Shown here: positions 62,719-64,000 of the stretch, piece by piece
Layout: the number at the start of each line of letters is the position of its first letter
Numbering within the stretch: the first letter of the stretch is position 1
Assembly (NCBI GenBank): GCA_963674705.1
Contig: OY771506.1
Span: 5,312,001 to 5,376,000, forward strand
Source: Phycisphaeraceae bacterium
GTDB lineage: Bacteria; Planctomycetota; Phycisphaerae; Phycisphaerales; Phycisphaeraceae
Direction: 5' to 3'
Length of the DNA: 64,000 bases
Made by a program: the position numbers and the translations under genes
Notes under the pieces: generated by a model
Told to the model about the DNA's origin: nothing
What the model saw: only the letters and a program-made list of their open reading frames with translations
Database searches by the model: none

Positions 62719-63594
62719 CTAGTTCTCACTCGCCTTTGCCACGCGGTGCTGGATCACAGCGAACACCATCAGCAGCACGGCCAGCATCCAGCCGATCGCA
62801 CTGGCCTTGCCCAGACGTCCGCTGATAAAACCGTTCTGATACAGATACATTACAACGGTCAGCCCCTGGTCGTCCGGGCCGCCGCTGTTATTCAGCAACA
62901 CGAAGGCGAGTTCAAAAAGCTGGAAACTGCCGATCAAAGAAAGCAACACGACAAACGACGCGACCGGCTTGATTGCGGGGATGGTTACATTCAAGAACCG
63001 GGGCCACGGTCCCGCACCATCGACCATCGCCGCCTCTGACAGGTCCTTGCTGACATTCTGCAGCGCGGCAAGGAAGTAGATCATGTTGAAGCCCGTGAAT
63101 TGCCACATCGCGGCGATAATCAGCGAGCCCATGACAAACCGCTCAAGCCAGGGGAATTCAGCCGGGTAGCCGGGGATAAGCTGATAGAAAGTGACGTTGA
63201 CCAAACCTTCCCGGTCGAACATCAGGCCGAACATGATCGCGATGAAGACCGTGCCGACTAATGAAGGCGAGAAGAAGATCATCCTGAAGAACACGCGGCC
63301 CCGCACCTTCTCATGGTTCAGCAGCATCGCCAATCCGAGCGATAACGGCAATTGAATGAAGACAGAACCCGCGGCGAAAACAAATGTGTTACGCACCGCT
63401 TTCCAGAACATGGGATCGGTCAGCAGGTATTTGAAGTTCTGCAGGCCTACGAAGGTGCTGGTCTTTGGGCCGAAGGTTTGCTGTACGGCAAGCACGACCG
63501 AATAAAGCATCGGGTACACCATGAACACCGCGAATATCACCACGAACGGTGATATCAGCACGTAAGGCGTCCATTTGGGATAACCCGAGTTCAT
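62719..63594 (-). CDS. Carbohydrate ABC transporter permease (MalF-like)
   Basis: FVGLQNF, EAAMVDGA, GKASAIGW. Confidence 0.95.
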   Translation of the reverse strand: MNSGYPKWTPYVLISPFVVIFAVFMVYPMLYSVVLAVQQTFGPKTSTFVGLQNFKYLLTDPMFWKAVRNTFVFAAGSVFIQLPLSLGLAMLLNHEKVRGRVFFRMIFFSPSLVGTVFIAIMFGLMFDREGLVNVTFYQLIPGYPAEFPWLERFVMGSLIIAAMWQFTGFNMIYFLAALQNVSKDLSEAAMVDGAGPWPRFLNVTIPAIKPVASFVVLLSLIGSFQLFELAFVLLNNSGGPDDQGLTVVMYLYQNGFISGRLGKASAIGWMLAVLLMVFAVIQHRVAKASEN

Positions 63595-64000
63595 TGCTGG
63601 CTCCTGAGGAACACGTTCTCCTCGACCTGTCGACGCACCAGTTTTTCGGCATCGGCGAGCAGTCGCCTGGCTTCGTCCATCAAATCTTCGCGGTCATAAA
63701 CCTGATTCTTCAAGGCGTATTCCTTGAGGAGGAACATGGCATTGGAAACCCGGTCCTTGGCGAAGGTATTGAACGGGGAGGATGTGCGGACCGGCACATC
63801 CGGCGCCAAGTTGATAAAGAGCCTGCCGGGCGCCTGCCCGCTGAAGTAATCAGACGGTTCATCGTAAAACGGCCTGTCCCAATAGGACTTGACCGGGGAG
63901 ATGATGTAATTGCTGCGGTACAGGCCCTCGGCCAACTCTTCGGACAGATACAAATGCTTGGCAAAGGTCCAGGCGTTTTCCTGATCTTCACTCATCTTCG
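63591..64000 (-). CDS. Sugar ABC substrate-binding protein, 3' part (runs off the window)
   Basis: Open to window edge; AWTFAKHL and YFSGQ motifs; ATGA-coupled to the permease. Confidence 0.75.
   Translation of the reverse strand, partial: KMSEDQENAWTFAKHLYLSEELAEGLYRSNYIISPVKSYWDRPFYDEPSDYFSGQAPGRLFINLAPDVPVRTSSPFNTFAKDRVSNAMFLLKEYALKNQVYDREDLMDEARRLLADAEKLVRRQVEENVFLRSQQ

Overview
GC-rich bacterial chromosome segment, most likely Planctomycetota/Phycisphaerae (inferred from PEP-CTERM proteins, a prepilin/DUF1559-type gene with an ECF sigma factor, CPxCGYDLRG zinc-ribbon membrane proteins and futalosine-pathway mqnA). The backbone is housekeeping (sucC, ilvC, lipA, nnrE, ispF, mqnA, queD, queE, folK, cysH, PMM/PGM, glnA, truB, tRNA-Ser GGA). 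Accessory content: an ArsR-ArsP-DGC-thioredoxin-methyltransferase-CcdA operon with two visible operators; an ECF/anti-sigma/pilin-like operon; a triplicated PEP-CTERM locus; an intact IS630; a low-GC 1348-aa KAP NTPase beside the tRNA; a GH149-like phosphorylase with a sugar ABC transporter; and many REP-like and 7-10-mer microrepeats that bracket small orphan genes. Best leads: a stand-alone protein resembling ribosomal uL30 with a ~40-aa basic insertion, the tRNA-linked KAP NTPase as a candidate defence gene, REP-bracketed orphan cassettes, a composite repeat targeted by IS630, and a degenerate sigma-like protein. All family calls come from motif recognition by eye; no database search was run. 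No CRISPR array, rRNA or prophage was seen.
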